A DNA stretch of 64,000 nt, taken from Polyangiaceae bacterium (GTDB lineage Bacteria > Myxococcota_A > Polyangia > Polyangiales > Polyangiaceae). The notes beneath the pieces were generated by a model, which saw nothing but the letters and a program-made list of their open reading frames with translations, made no database searches and was not told the DNA's origin. Below are positions 9,207 through 18,961 of this stretch, in pieces. A program made the translations under genes and the position numbers. Each line of letters begins with the position of its first letter. Within the stretch, counting starts at the first letter, position 1. The stretch spans positions 224,001-288,000 of the forward strand of contig CBDCTZ010000009.1 in assembly GCA_965222375.1 (NCBI GenBank), given 5' to 3'.

Positions 9207-10676
9207 TCAGTGCGCGCCTGCTGCCTGGGTGCGAGGCAGCTGCTTTTGGATGGAAAAGTCCGACGCCGGGTCATGCACGCTGACCGGGGCGAAGCGCTGC
9301 AGCGAGGGCGCTAGAGACTTGGCGTCCCCGGCCACGCTGAGCACCCATGTCTTGCGTGCGAGGTGCGTCGCCAGGGCGGCGTCCAATGCGGCTACCGGGG
9401 CTCGCCGCGCTCGGCCGCGATCCGCGTCGAAGCTCAGTGGGTCGAGTCCTGCTCCGAGCAGCTCGCCGTGGCTTCGAGCAACGCCAACGGCGCTATCCAA
9501 TTCGAGAAGCGGTGCGTCGGCCGCGCGCACTCGCGCAGCTAGCCATTTTGGCGATCTCCCTGGCCGCTTGGAGAGCACGGCGTTGGCCCAGGCCGTCAGC
9601 TCCGGCGGCGCTGCGCTGACGGACCACGCGAGCAATTCGGGTCCGTTGCGAAAGCGTTGGCCGGCCCAAGTCGCTCGACGGTTGCCCCAGTCCTCAATCG
9701 CAAACCAGGCCGCCCGGGCCAAGGCGGCGCGGGGATCGTCGGTGGCCGGGCCAAGGGTTCCCAAGATCCCGACCGCCCGAGCGGCGCCGGGGTGGTCGAC
9801 CAAGACGATGCGCAGCGCGGTGGGTTGGAGCGGACTCGGCACTCGCGCGGGCTTGGGCACTGAACGCGGCGCCGCTGTTGTCGAGCCAAGGGCGGCAGCC
9901 TGGACCGCGCCGGCTATCACCACGCGGGCTTGCTTGGGATCCAGGCCCCGGCTCGCGAGGGCGGCCACTTTCTGCGCCGACGCACCATCCAGGGTTCGCG
10001 TTGGCGCGAGCAGGTTGGCGTAGGGGTGGCGCTCAGTCGGCAGTTCGAACAACTCTCGTAGCAGCGCGGCTCGTGCGGTCAGATCCGCAGATGCCAGTTG
10101 GGCGCGCATGCGCCGCTGAGCGAACCGGCGCGACTGACTCAATTCGGCCGCTGAGGGCGCGCGGACGAATCGCTCCAGCAGTTCGACGACGACCTTGGCA
10201 TGCTGCGCGGGAGCGTGAACGCGCACGATCAGATGCTCCACATCGCTGTGGGCGCGGACCTCCGCGCCCACAGCACCGAACTCTTTCCCCAAGGGTTGCT
10301 TGGCTCGCAGTCGTCGCGTCAGGGTTGCGGCGACCCACTGACTTGCACCACGCACCGGACCGTCTTGGACTGAGCCGAGCGCGGCGCGCCACTCGATGGC
10401 CACCAGGGTGGAGGTCGCCAACTCCACCACGCTGGCCGCCGCTCCAGACTGGAGCAGGACTGGCGAGCCCAGTGGCAACCCTTCGTCTGGCGCGATGCCC
10501 GGGGCCGGAGCGTCCGTGCTCACGCTGTCGGTTCTTTGCGTCGGCGTCGGCGCGGGCATGGTGCTCGGCGCTTCTGGGGGAAGATTCGGCGCGGCGGGTT
10601 GCGTAGCGCCGCATGCCACCACGAGCCACGCGGCCACGCACGCTCTGCCTTTCACGACGCACCGCCGCTCAGCCAC
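9207..10676 (-). CDS. M16 (insulinase) peptidase-like lipoprotein, probably non-catalytic
   Basis: LVVAC lipobox; M16-like segments HPYAN, ARVVIAG, IVLVDHPGA, VLSVAGDAK. No HXXEH. Confidence 0.6.
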   Translation of the reverse strand: MAERRCVVKGRACVAAWLVVACGATQPAAPNLPPEAPSTMPAPTPTQRTDSVSTDAPAPGIAPDEGLPLGSPVLLQSGAAASVVELATSTLVAIEWRAALGSVQDGPVRGASQWVAATLTRRLRAKQPLGKEFGAVGAEVRAHSDVEHLIVRVHAPAQHAKVVVELLERFVRAPSAAELSQSRRFAQRRMRAQLASADLTARAALLRELFELPTERHPYANLLAPTRTLDGASAQKVAALASRGLDPKQARVVIAGAVQAAALGSTTAAPRSVPKPARVPSPLQPTALRIVLVDHPGAARAVGILGTLGPATDDPRAALARAAWFAIEDWGNRRATWAGQRFRNGPELLAWSVSAAPPELTAWANAVLSKRPGRSPKWLAARVRAADAPLLELDSAVGVARSHGELLGAGLDPLSFDADRGRARRAPVAALDAALATHLARKTWVLSVAGDAKSLAPSLQRFAPVSVHDPASDFSIQKQLPRTQAAGAH

Positions 10677-11695
10677 GTGCTGCCTTCGAGCGCCAGGGCG
10701 CCGGTCGCGATCCGACTCAGGGAACTCGCCTCGACGGTGGACACGAGCTGCAGGTGTTGCAGGACTCGACGGGGCCTTTTTTCGCCTTCGATGCCGTCCA
10801 GCAGGGCGCTGGCGAGACCAACGTGATGGTCAAGCTGCTGACGGATCCGACGCTCGCTGTTGGCCGCCGCGCGCCGGACCTCCGCAGGCACTAGCCGCGC
10901 CAGCGTCGCGAGCTCGCGCTTCAGCGCCAGGCGCAGCGCCTTGGGTTCTGAGCCTCGAATGCGCAAGAACACCGAGCGGCTCTCGCTGCCCGGCCGCGCC
11001 TGCACGCCGGGCAGTTTGGATAGCGCTTCCGCCAGCCAGGTGGTGGCGAGTTCGAGGGCCGCCCGCTCGGGCGATCCACGGCGTGGAGCTTTCCAGCCGA
11101 CCACGTGCCCGCCCCAAGCTGGACGGTACGCTGGACCAGGTGGCGCTCGCTGCGCAGTCGGCTCCGCGCTTGCGATACTGCGGAGGCTTTTGGCGACCTC
11201 GTCGACATCCATGTCGCCGACGACGGCGATGGCGTAGGGCGCATGAGTTTTCGATGCGGGCGCCGCAGCCCGGTACATGCGGGCATGAAGTTCGGAGGCG
11301 ACCGAAGGCGCTACGGGGATCTCAGCGCGAGGAGATTTGGAAGTGAACAGCCAAGCGACGGTCAACGATTCGTGGGCGGGCGCGCGCACGCACAGTTGAA
11401 TGAAGGCGCCGTGGTGGCGGAGTTCGAAATCGCCACCGCGGGATCGCACGACCTCTTTGGCGCCGATGGGTAGCCTGGGTGAGTGTCGGTAGCGAGCGCA
11501 AAGCCCGAGGGTTGGCGCTCGACCCCGGCGTAGCAGGACCAACGCCGCGCTGCTGTCCGCGGTGGTCGTGGACAGCCCCACCCACTTGGGCCTGGCGTTT
11601 GGGCTCGCGTGGACCGTGGAGGCGATCGCGGTGACGATGACCAGCCCCAGCACAGCAGCAGCGAGCCGAAGGGAGCCGTTCACGTTTTCTGCCAT
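10652..11695 (-). CDS. Degenerate M16 peptidase-like secreted protein
   Basis: Signal-like N-terminus; IAVVGDMD and VGWKAP...ERAALEL resemble the M16 C-domain. No HXXEH. Start uncertain (ORF open to 11755). Confidence 0.5.
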   Translation of the reverse strand: MAENVNGSLRLAAAVLGLVIVTAIASTVHASPNARPKWVGLSTTTADSSAALVLLRRGRAPTLGLCARYRHSPRLPIGAKEVVRSRGGDFELRHHGAFIQLCVRAPAHESLTVAWLFTSKSPRAEIPVAPSVASELHARMYRAAAPASKTHAPYAIAVVGDMDVDEVAKSLRSIASAEPTAQRAPPGPAYRPAWGGHVVGWKAPRRGSPERAALELATTWLAEALSKLPGVQARPGSESRSVFLRIRGSEPKALRLALKRELATLARLVPAEVRRAAANSERRIRQQLDHHVGLASALLDGIEGEKRPRRVLQHLQLVSTVEASSLSRIATGALALEGSTWLSGGAS

Positions 11696-11733
11696 ACCAC
11701 GTTGGCTCCGCGTTTCAGTGAAGAAGGTGTATC

Positions 11734-13317
11734 TTGCCAGCCGTGAGCGCATCACCCACCCGGGGAGTCATCGCCAGCGGCGACGTGCAATCGGCGGAGG
11801 CCGGCGCGAGCATCTTGGACGCCGGGGGCAACGCGGTGGACGCGGTGGTCGCCGCCGCGTTGGCGGCATTCGTATGTGAGCTTCCGCTGTGCGGGCCGCT
11901 TGGCGGCGCAGTGGCGACGGTGTGGCCGGCGCAAGGTGAGCCCATGTGCATGGATGCCTTCGCGCGTGCACCCGGCTTGGGCGGCACACCACCCGAGGCG
12001 TTGGATTTCGAAGACGTCGAAGTGGACTTCGGCGCAGCGACCCAAGTCTTCCATATCGGACGCGGTAGCGCTGCGGTGCCCCTGGCGATTTCCGGGTTGC
12101 TTCGGCTGCACGAAGAGTTCGGGCGGATGCCCTTGCCGGCGATCGCAGAGCCCGCGGTTGCTTTGGGGCGGACGGGTTACGTTCTGAGTGCCGGGATCGC
12201 CTTTGCGAACGAACTGCTCGAGCCGATCTTTTCACACACACCGGCGTGTCGCGAGTTGGTGTGTCGCGGACAGCAGTTGGCCAAGGCGGGTGAGCGCCTC
12301 GACAATGTGCGCCTTGCCGACACCCTCGAGGCGGTGTGTCGCGATCCCGCAATCGTTGCCGACTTGTATCGCGGCTTGGTCAAAGAGTTTGGCGTCGCCG
12401 CGGGCGGACGCATCGACGAGACCGACATTGCTCAGGCCGAGGTGGGGCTCCACACCCCGGTGCGCGTACCCTTCGGTCCCTTCCAAATCGCATCACCGCC
12501 GGCACCGTCCATGGGCGGAGTGCTTATCGCGCTGGGCGCGCGCTTGCTCGAGGGTGCCGCTGAAAATACGCGGGCACTCAGTGCCGCAGATGTGCTGCAG
12601 CTGGCGACGACGCAAGACAAGCTGCTGGCGCAGCGCAGCATTGACTTCGACTTGCGCATTCGGGAGCCCGAGTTCGTGCGTGCGCTACTGTCCGATGAAA
12701 ACGTCGCTGCCCTTCGCAACCTCGCCGCGACTGACCTCGTGCCCGACAATCCGCTGGGCTCGACGACACAGTTGAGTGTGATCGACCGGGACGGGCTAGC
12801 GGTGGCGCTGACGCTCACGAACGGTGAAGGCTGCGGCTACGTGCTGTCGGACACGGGCATCATCGTGAACAACCTGTTGGGCGAAGAGGACATCCATCCC
12901 CGCGGCTTCCACCACGACCCACCGGGCAGCAGCCTGTCCACGATGATGGCACCGACCGTGATTCGGCGTGCCGGGCAGTGCGTCGCAATGGGTAGCGGTG
13001 GCTCGAACCGGCTTCGCAATGCCATCTTGCAGGTGATCCACCTGCTCCTCGGCCACGGCCTGCAGCCCCAAGTGGCCGTGGAGGCGCCGCGCATCCACAT
13101 CGATCGGCATGCGGACGGTGGCGCGCGTGTCGCTTACGAGCGAGTGGGCATGAGCGAGGCCGCCGAGGCCGCGCTGATCGGCGCATTCCCCAAGGATCCC
13201 GTCGCCTTCGACGCTCGCAACATGTACTTCGGGGGGGTGCATGTGGCTCTGGTGAGAGATGGGCAATTGGAAGGGGGAGGGGATCCTCGTCGCGGCGGGT
13301 GCGTACGGGTGGTGTGA
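11734..13317 (+). CDS. ggt: Gamma-glutamyltransferase family protein
   Basis: AGASILDAGGNAVDA, nucleophile region GSTTQLSVID, GIIVNN, STMMAPT, GSGGSNR, GGGDPRRGG. Confidence 0.9.
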   Translation: MPAVSASPTRGVIASGDVQSAEAGASILDAGGNAVDAVVAAALAAFVCELPLCGPLGGAVATVWPAQGEPMCMDAFARAPGLGGTPPEALDFEDVEVDFGAATQVFHIGRGSAAVPLAISGLLRLHEEFGRMPLPAIAEPAVALGRTGYVLSAGIAFANELLEPIFSHTPACRELVCRGQQLAKAGERLDNVRLADTLEAVCRDPAIVADLYRGLVKEFGVAAGGRIDETDIAQAEVGLHTPVRVPFGPFQIASPPAPSMGGVLIALGARLLEGAAENTRALSAADVLQLATTQDKLLAQRSIDFDLRIREPEFVRALLSDENVAALRNLAATDLVPDNPLGSTTQLSVIDRDGLAVALTLTNGEGCGYVLSDTGIIVNNLLGEEDIHPRGFHHDPPGSSLSTMMAPTVIRRAGQCVAMGSGGSNRLRNAILQVIHLLLGHGLQPQVAVEAPRIHIDRHADGGARVAYERVGMSEAAEAALIGAFPKDPVAFDARNMYFGGVHVALVRDGQLEGGGDPRRGGCVRVV

Positions 13318-13430
13318 GGCACCTCTGGCGTCCTCGTGCTATGCTCCTGTTCACCTACATTGTGGGATAAAGGAGAACCGCTTGAACGCGGAGCCGGGCT
13401 CTGTCACGCTCCGCCACCGTAAAAGGATCG

Positions 13431-15113
13431 ATGAGAACGCTCGGGGAGATCCAGCCCGGCCAGACGGTAGGGCGCTACGAGTTCCTCGTGCCCATCGCAC
13501 AGGGGGGCATGGCGGCCGTGTGGGCTGCACGTTTGAAGGGGTCTAGAGGCTTCTCCAAAACGGTGGCCGTCAAGACGATGCTGCCCACCATCAGCGACGA
13601 TCCGCACTTTGAACAGATGTTCCTGGACGAAGCGCAACTGTGCGCGCGCATTCGTCATCCAAATGTCGTCGAGATCCTCGACCTGGGTGAGCAAGACGAC
13701 CTGCTCTACCTGGTCATGGAGTGGGTGGACGGCGAACCACTGAGCTCCCTTCGGCGCGTCGCGGCCAAGGCGGAGGGCATTCCTCGGCCCGTGGCGGTGA
13801 AGATCGTTTCCGAAGCAGCGGCTGGGCTCCATGCGGCGCACGAATTGAAGGACGACTCCGGCGAAGCCGTCGGCCTGGTGCATCGCGACGTATCGCCGCA
13901 GAACCTGCTCATTACCTACGATGGCGTAGTCAAGATCGTGGATTTCGGCGTGGCCAAAGCCTCGGGGCGCACCGCTGAGAACACCAACGCCGGTCAGATC
14001 AAGGGCAAGCCGCCGTATATGTCGCCCGAGCAGGCCCTGGGCCGGGACATCGATCGGCGCAGCGACATTTTCGCCTTGGGCATCATCTTGTACCAGTTGA
14101 CCACTGGCAAGCACCCGTTTCGAGGTGAAACCGACGTCATCACGCTTCAGAACATCGTCTCGGATCGTCCGATCATTCCGCCGCGGGCTTACGACAAAGA
14201 CTACCCCAAGCCACTGGAAGCCGTGGTCATGCGGGCGCTCGAGCGCGACCCGGATGAGCGCTACCAAACTGCTGGGGAACTCGAGGGCGCTCTAGATCGC
14301 GTATTCCCGCCGAGCGTCGGACGGGTGCGTGCGGAGGATGTTGGCAAATTTGCTTCGTCACTGCTTGGCACCCGTGGAGAAGAACGCCGCGCCGCCCTGA
14401 AGGAGGCGATTCGCCAAGCGGACGAGCGTGCCCGCGCGAAAGATTCCCAGCCTGCCATGGGCGGAGAACTGGGCACCACGGTGGCGCCGATGCCGAGCTC
14501 GCCCTTCATGGCGTCGGCACCGACGCATACGCCCCTCAGTGGGCCGGACCGCCTCTCACAACCCAGCCTCTCTGACATCACCGGCGCGCCGCTGAGTTCT
14601 CCGGAAACGCCCTTCGGAACCCAAACGCCGTCTGCCCCGCCTCTGCAGAAGAAGAGCAGTGGCGTGATTTGGATCGTCGCCGGCCTGATGGTGTTCGCAG
14701 GGCTGGTCGGTGGCGCACTGTTCTTCACTCGATCCCTGCTGGCCGACAGCGCGGCTGCGACGGCCCCGGAGTCCGCACCGGAGTTGCCTCCGGCGGAAGC
14801 GACCACGGAAGAGCCCCCGGCCGAGGCGACGACTGCGCCAACCGAAGAAGGGCCCGGGCAAGAGACCGTGGATCTGGCGGATCTGGCGGTCGAGAAAGCC
14901 AAGCCCACCGCGAGCCGGCCGGCCAGCAAAGCCAAGCCCAGCGTCAAGTCCAAGCCCGCCGCAAAGCCGACGGGCAAAGCCAAGCCGAGCGCAAAGCCAA
15001 ATCCCAAGACCTCCGATCCCAAGAAGCCGCCAGAGACCAAGCCGAAGCCAAAACCCACGCCCAAGCCCGGCACGGACTTCGTGCCGCCGCCAGTTACGGA
15101 TCCGGGCTTCTGA
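13431..15113 (+). CDS. Membrane-anchored eukaryotic-like Ser/Thr protein kinase
   Basis: IAQGGMAAV, VAVK, HRDVSPQN, DFGVAK, YMSPEQ, DIFALG. One TM helix followed by a Pro/Lys-rich tail. Confidence 0.93.
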   Translation: MRTLGEIQPGQTVGRYEFLVPIAQGGMAAVWAARLKGSRGFSKTVAVKTMLPTISDDPHFEQMFLDEAQLCARIRHPNVVEILDLGEQDDLLYLVMEWVDGEPLSSLRRVAAKAEGIPRPVAVKIVSEAAAGLHAAHELKDDSGEAVGLVHRDVSPQNLLITYDGVVKIVDFGVAKASGRTAENTNAGQIKGKPPYMSPEQALGRDIDRRSDIFALGIILYQLTTGKHPFRGETDVITLQNIVSDRPIIPPRAYDKDYPKPLEAVVMRALERDPDERYQTAGELEGALDRVFPPSVGRVRAEDVGKFASSLLGTRGEERRAALKEAIRQADERARAKDSQPAMGGELGTTVAPMPSSPFMASAPTHTPLSGPDRLSQPSLSDITGAPLSSPETPFGTQTPSAPPLQKKSSGVIWIVAGLMVFAGLVGGALFFTRSLLADSAAATAPESAPELPPAEATTEEPPAEATTAPTEEGPGQETVDLADLAVEKAKPTASRPASKAKPSVKSKPAAKPTGKAKPSAKPNPKTSDPKKPPETKPKPKPTPKPGTDFVPPPVTDPGF

Positions 15114-16652
15114 TCAATTCCAGCGCTCCCATTCGTCCAGGTAGTAGGAAACCAAAGCTTGGGTTTCCAAGCGGTTGTGACGCACGCTGACCGCTTCCAT
15201 GTCAGGCGGGAAGGCGAACAGGGCCCGCATGGCCTCGTCGTTTAGGAAGCGCAAGCTGAGTTTCGGTCCGCTCTTCGGTGGTTCGAAGCTGGAGTGCTTG
15301 GCGAGCACGAACCCCCAGTCTCCAAAGGATGGCACGAAGGCATGGTAGGGCGCAGTGCTGAGCCCTGCTCGACTCAGGGTCGCAGCGATGCACCAGAACG
15401 ACTTGCGAGCGAAGAAGGGAGACGTGGACTGCACCACCAGCGCGCCCCCAGGCGAAAGAAGCCGCTTCGTCTTCCTGTACATCTCTACGCTGTACAGCTT
15501 GCCTAGGGAGTAGTTACTCGGATCGGGAAAGTCCAAGATGATGACGTCGTAGTGTTGCTTCAGCGCGCCGAAGCGGATAAAGGCATCGCTGTTGTCGATC
15601 TGCACGCGTGGATCAGCGAGAGCGCCGCGGTTCGCGCGGCTCAGACGGTGACTCTCTTTGCCCAGCCGGGTCATCGCGGGGTCGAGATCGACGACCCGCA
15701 CATGCTCGACCCCCGGCCACTTCAGGACCTCTCGCACGGCGAGCCCGTCGCCGCCGCCGCCCACCAGGACTCGTCCACGCCTTTCGGCGCTCTGCATAGC
15801 AGGGTGGACCAGCGCTTCGTGGTAGCGGTGCTCGTCGTCTGACGAAAACTGAAGGTTGCCATTGAGGTAGAGTTGGAAGTTCTCGCCCCGCTCGGTCACG
15901 ACAATGCGCTGATAGCGGGACTGCTCCGCGCGGACGACTTTGCCCGCGTACAGCTCTGCTTCCGTGAGCTCGACAAAGCGATTGGACTGCAGGAAGGCGA
16001 GGCCGAGCAGGGTGCAGACCACGATGGCTCTCACCCGAGCTCCGACCATGACACGTCCGCCTGCTTGGGGAGCCAATACCCAAGTGGACGCTAGGCCCAC
16101 CAGGCCGTTGATCAGCCCGCAGATCAAAGACGCGCGGGTCAACCCGAGCTGTGGCAACAGCACGAGAGAAAACCCGACGGAGCCGAGCAAGGCCCCGGCG
16201 TAGTCGAAGGTCAGTGCCCGGGCCACGAGCTGCTTGAACTCCAGCTTGTCCCGGAGAATCCGCATCAGCAGGGGAAGCTCGAGGCCAACCAGAACCCCCA
16301 CCAACAGCACCGTGCCGTAGAGGACGAGATTGAAGGACGCAGTGAAGCCGTGGGCGACGTAGAGCAGCGGCGCCGAAAGCCCTCCGACCAGCGCCGTGGC
16401 GAGCTCTACGTCGACAAAGCGTAACTCGAGGTGCCGATCGATGAAGCTCGATAGGTAGGCGCCCAGCCCCAAGGCCGACAGGTACACCCCGATGATCAGC
16501 GAGAACTGTCGAACCGAGTCGCCGAGCAGATAGCTCGCGACGGCGGCCATGCACAGCTCGTAGACGAGGCCTGCGGTCGCGATGATGAGCACCATCGCCA
16601 ACAGGACGCCCGGCCGAGCGCCCTTTTGTCGTGGACGCCACGCAGGAGGCAA
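15114..16652 (-). CDS. speE: Polyamine aminopropyltransferase (spermidine synthase) with N-terminal membrane domain
   Basis: Multi-TM N-half (AGLVYEL...FSLIIGVYL), then SRYQRI, LYLNGNLQFSS.DE.RYHEALVHP, GGGDGLA.REVL, VDLDP, IILDFPDP. Start uncertain (TTG at 16652; ORF open to 16721). Confidence 0.9.
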   Translation of the reverse strand: MPPAWRPRQKGARPGVLLAMVLIIATAGLVYELCMAAVASYLLGDSVRQFSLIIGVYLSALGLGAYLSSFIDRHLELRFVDVELATALVGGLSAPLLYVAHGFTASFNLVLYGTVLLVGVLVGLELPLLMRILRDKLEFKQLVARALTFDYAGALLGSVGFSLVLLPQLGLTRASLICGLINGLVGLASTWVLAPQAGGRVMVGARVRAIVVCTLLGLAFLQSNRFVELTEAELYAGKVVRAEQSRYQRIVVTERGENFQLYLNGNLQFSSDDEHRYHEALVHPAMQSAERRGRVLVGGGGDGLAVREVLKWPGVEHVRVVDLDPAMTRLGKESHRLSRANRGALADPRVQIDNSDAFIRFGALKQHYDVIILDFPDPSNYSLGKLYSVEMYRKTKRLLSPGGALVVQSTSPFFARKSFWCIAATLSRAGLSTAPYHAFVPSFGDWGFVLAKHSSFEPPKSGPKLSLRFLNDEAMRALFAFPPDMEAVSVRHNRLETQALVSYYLDEWERWN

Positions 16653-16680
16653 TGCCTGCGAAGACGCTGGTGTTTGCCCA

Positions 16681-16905
16681 TCAGCCGCCGATGGCGGCGG
16701 CGATGATGATGCTGAGGCCAAGGATCACGGAACCAATCATGATCGCGAGGGCGGTGTTCTGGTCCTCCTCAATCTCTTTCCTCAGGGAGAACGGTGTGAT
16801 CATTTTGATCACCAAGAAGCTCAACGCAAACATCACGATGCCGATCAGCGAATAGACGATCGACGCGACGAGAGCCTTTGCGAACGGTGCCCAATTGATA
16901 TCCAT
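16681..16905 (-). CDS. DUF350 small membrane protein
   Basis: 74 aa, MDINWAPF...KMITPFSLRKEIEEDQNTALAIMIGSVILGLSIIIAAAIGG. GAGG RBS. Typical neighbour of membrane speE. Confidence 0.85.
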   Translation of the reverse strand: MDINWAPFAKALVASIVYSLIGIVMFALSFLVIKMITPFSLRKEIEEDQNTALAIMIGSVILGLSIIIAAAIGG

Positions 16906-17075
16906 TGCGCCTCTTTCCAGACAGCGGTGGGCACATCTACAGCACCACCCAGCCGCGTTTTTACACGAAACCGCCCAGAAGTGCGACCGCTCGCGGGGTT
17001 GGGGAGGGGCGTTGGGGGCGTACCGCCGTTTTTTCGGCCAATTGCGCCACTCCGGCCTACGCTGCCCGACGCAGC

Positions 17076-17885
17076 ATGATTGTGATGGTCGGGCCGCCTT
17101 GGGCGGGCAGCGACGAAGACTACGCAAAGCTCGCGGGGGCGACGGGTTTGCTGGCCTACGAGCTGCGCACGAGGCTCAAGCCCGATTTCTGGGGCGTGGT
17201 GAAACCTCTGGCCGATCAGGCGCAAGCCGAAGCGATGGCGGCGAAGCTCACTGCGCTGGGCTTCCGGGCCTGCGCGGTCGACCCCGCCATCGCCTCGGAT
17301 CCGCTGAGGCCGATCGTGCCCCTGACCGGAGTGGAGCTCGGGCCGGACAAACTGACGCTGCACCTGACTGAGCGCAGCATGAGCGTACCGGCCAAGGCGC
17401 TGCTGCTCATCGTCCGCGGCGAGGTGCAGTTGGGGCAGCGGAATGCCGCGCCCGTTCGCACTTCCTCGAGCACGTTCCGCGCTGTTTCGCCCAGCAGCGT
17501 AGACTTGCGTACCGTGAGCGAAAGCCGAGAATTCGATGCCTTCGTGGCCGCAGACTTGCACTTCGCTACCGTCTCCTGGGTGGCACGCGTGGATGCGCGC
17601 TCCTTCGATTTCTCGTTCTTGCCTGGCGCGACCGGCATCGTGGCCCAGGACCTGGACTTGCTGGTGGAGTACCTGGCCGAGCGCACCGGCGCCCGTGTGG
17701 ACCGGGGCGGTCGCGCATCCAGCGTGTTGAGCTACACCAAGAGCGCTACGCGCAGCGCCACGCCCGCGCCGGGCCAACCAGCCGTCTCCCGCCCGCCTCC
17801 GGGGTCCACGGACGAGCGATTTGACGGTTATTCTCGCCTCGTGGCCGAGGCCGAGCGCGCCACCCGAGGATTCGGGCCGCCCTGA
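17076..17885 (+). CDS. Hypothetical protein
   Basis: Long ORF with coding-like composition. ATG at 17076 is preferred over 16905, which abuts the divergent DUF350 start. Confidence 0.65.
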   Translation: MIVMVGPPWAGSDEDYAKLAGATGLLAYELRTRLKPDFWGVVKPLADQAQAEAMAAKLTALGFRACAVDPAIASDPLRPIVPLTGVELGPDKLTLHLTERSMSVPAKALLLIVRGEVQLGQRNAAPVRTSSSTFRAVSPSSVDLRTVSESREFDAFVAADLHFATVSWVARVDARSFDFSFLPGATGIVAQDLDLLVEYLAERTGARVDRGGRASSVLSYTKSATRSATPAPGQPAVSRPPPGSTDERFDGYSRLVAEAERATRGFGPP

Positions 17886-17959
17886 GCGCGCCGCCCGGCC
17901 CCCAGAAAAGCTGGGATTCGAGCATTGAGGCGCGGATGGGGTAGACTCCCCGGGTCGCC

Positions 17960-18961
17960 GTGAAGCTATCCCGTTTGGTCGTGCTGGGTTTGTTGGCCGC
18001 GCTTGGCGCGACGCCACTTCTGTCCCCGCGTCCTGCTGTTGCGCAGAGCAAGAAAGAACTCGCCGAGGCCCGCGCCATCTACAAGCAGGGACTCAGTCTC
18101 GAGGCTGCTGGGGACTGGGCGGGTGCGCTTGCCAAATTCCAGCAAGTCTCCAAGGTCAAGATGACGGCGCAGGTGCGGTTTCACATCGCGCGCTGCAAAG
18201 AGAACCTCGGCCGCTTGAACGAAGCGCTCGGTGACTACCGCGTCGCCGAGTACGAAGCTGAGAAAGCGGAAGCCAAGGAGTTGGCCGCCATCGCTGAAGC
18301 ACGCCAAGCGTTAGAGGCGCGCATTCCGAAGCTCGTGATCGTTCGCGGCGAGGGAACCGAGTCGGCGCGCATCGAGTTGGACGGAGTCGAACTGGGCGAG
18401 TCCAAGGTTGGCCGTGAAGTTAGTGTTGACCCCGGCAACCATCGGATTGTTGCGCGACTTCCCAAAGGACAGTTCGAAGAAAACGTCACAGTCGCCGAGG
18501 GGGAGGTGAAAGAAATCACTCTCGTGCGGCCCGAGAGCCTGTCGCCGGTCGACACATCCGAGCCCACGGGCCCTGTCGAAGAAACGCCAGAGCCGATCGA
18601 GGTCAAGCCAACGCGGTCGGCCTTGCCCTGGATTATTGGCGGCGTGGGAGTGGCGAGCCTGGCCGCTTCGGGTTTCTTCTTCCTGCAGAAGAACTCAGCG
18701 GAATCGGACTTGAACGATGTCTGCCGCAACGACGTTTGTCCCAGGTCGAAGCAGAGTCTTCAAGACGACGGCGAGCGGGCGGCGCTGCTTACGAACGTCA
18801 CCCTTGGCATCGGGGTAGTCGGTATTGGCGTTGCGACCGTGATGTTGGTCAGCCAGGGTGGGGCGAAGAAGGACTCGTCTGCCGAGTCTGCTCGCAAGTT
18901 GAAGGTAAACGTTGGCGCAAGTCGCGCATTTTCGGGAGTAACTCTCGGTGGCCGTTTCTGA
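17960..18961 (+). CDS. Secreted TPR + PEGA-domain protein
   Basis: Signal peptide, TPR-like AGDWAGALAKF...VRFHIARCKENLGRLNEA, PEGA-like IELDG...VDPGNHRIVA and C-terminal hydrophobic segments. Confidence 0.8.
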   Translation: MKLSRLVVLGLLAALGATPLLSPRPAVAQSKKELAEARAIYKQGLSLEAAGDWAGALAKFQQVSKVKMTAQVRFHIARCKENLGRLNEALGDYRVAEYEAEKAEAKELAAIAEARQALEARIPKLVIVRGEGTESARIELDGVELGESKVGREVSVDPGNHRIVARLPKGQFEENVTVAEGEVKEITLVRPESLSPVDTSEPTGPVEETPEPIEVKPTRSALPWIIGGVGVASLAASGFFFLQKNSAESDLNDVCRNDVCPRSKQSLQDDGERAALLTNVTLGIGVVGIGVATVMLVSQGGAKKDSSAESARKLKVNVGASRAFSGVTLGGRF

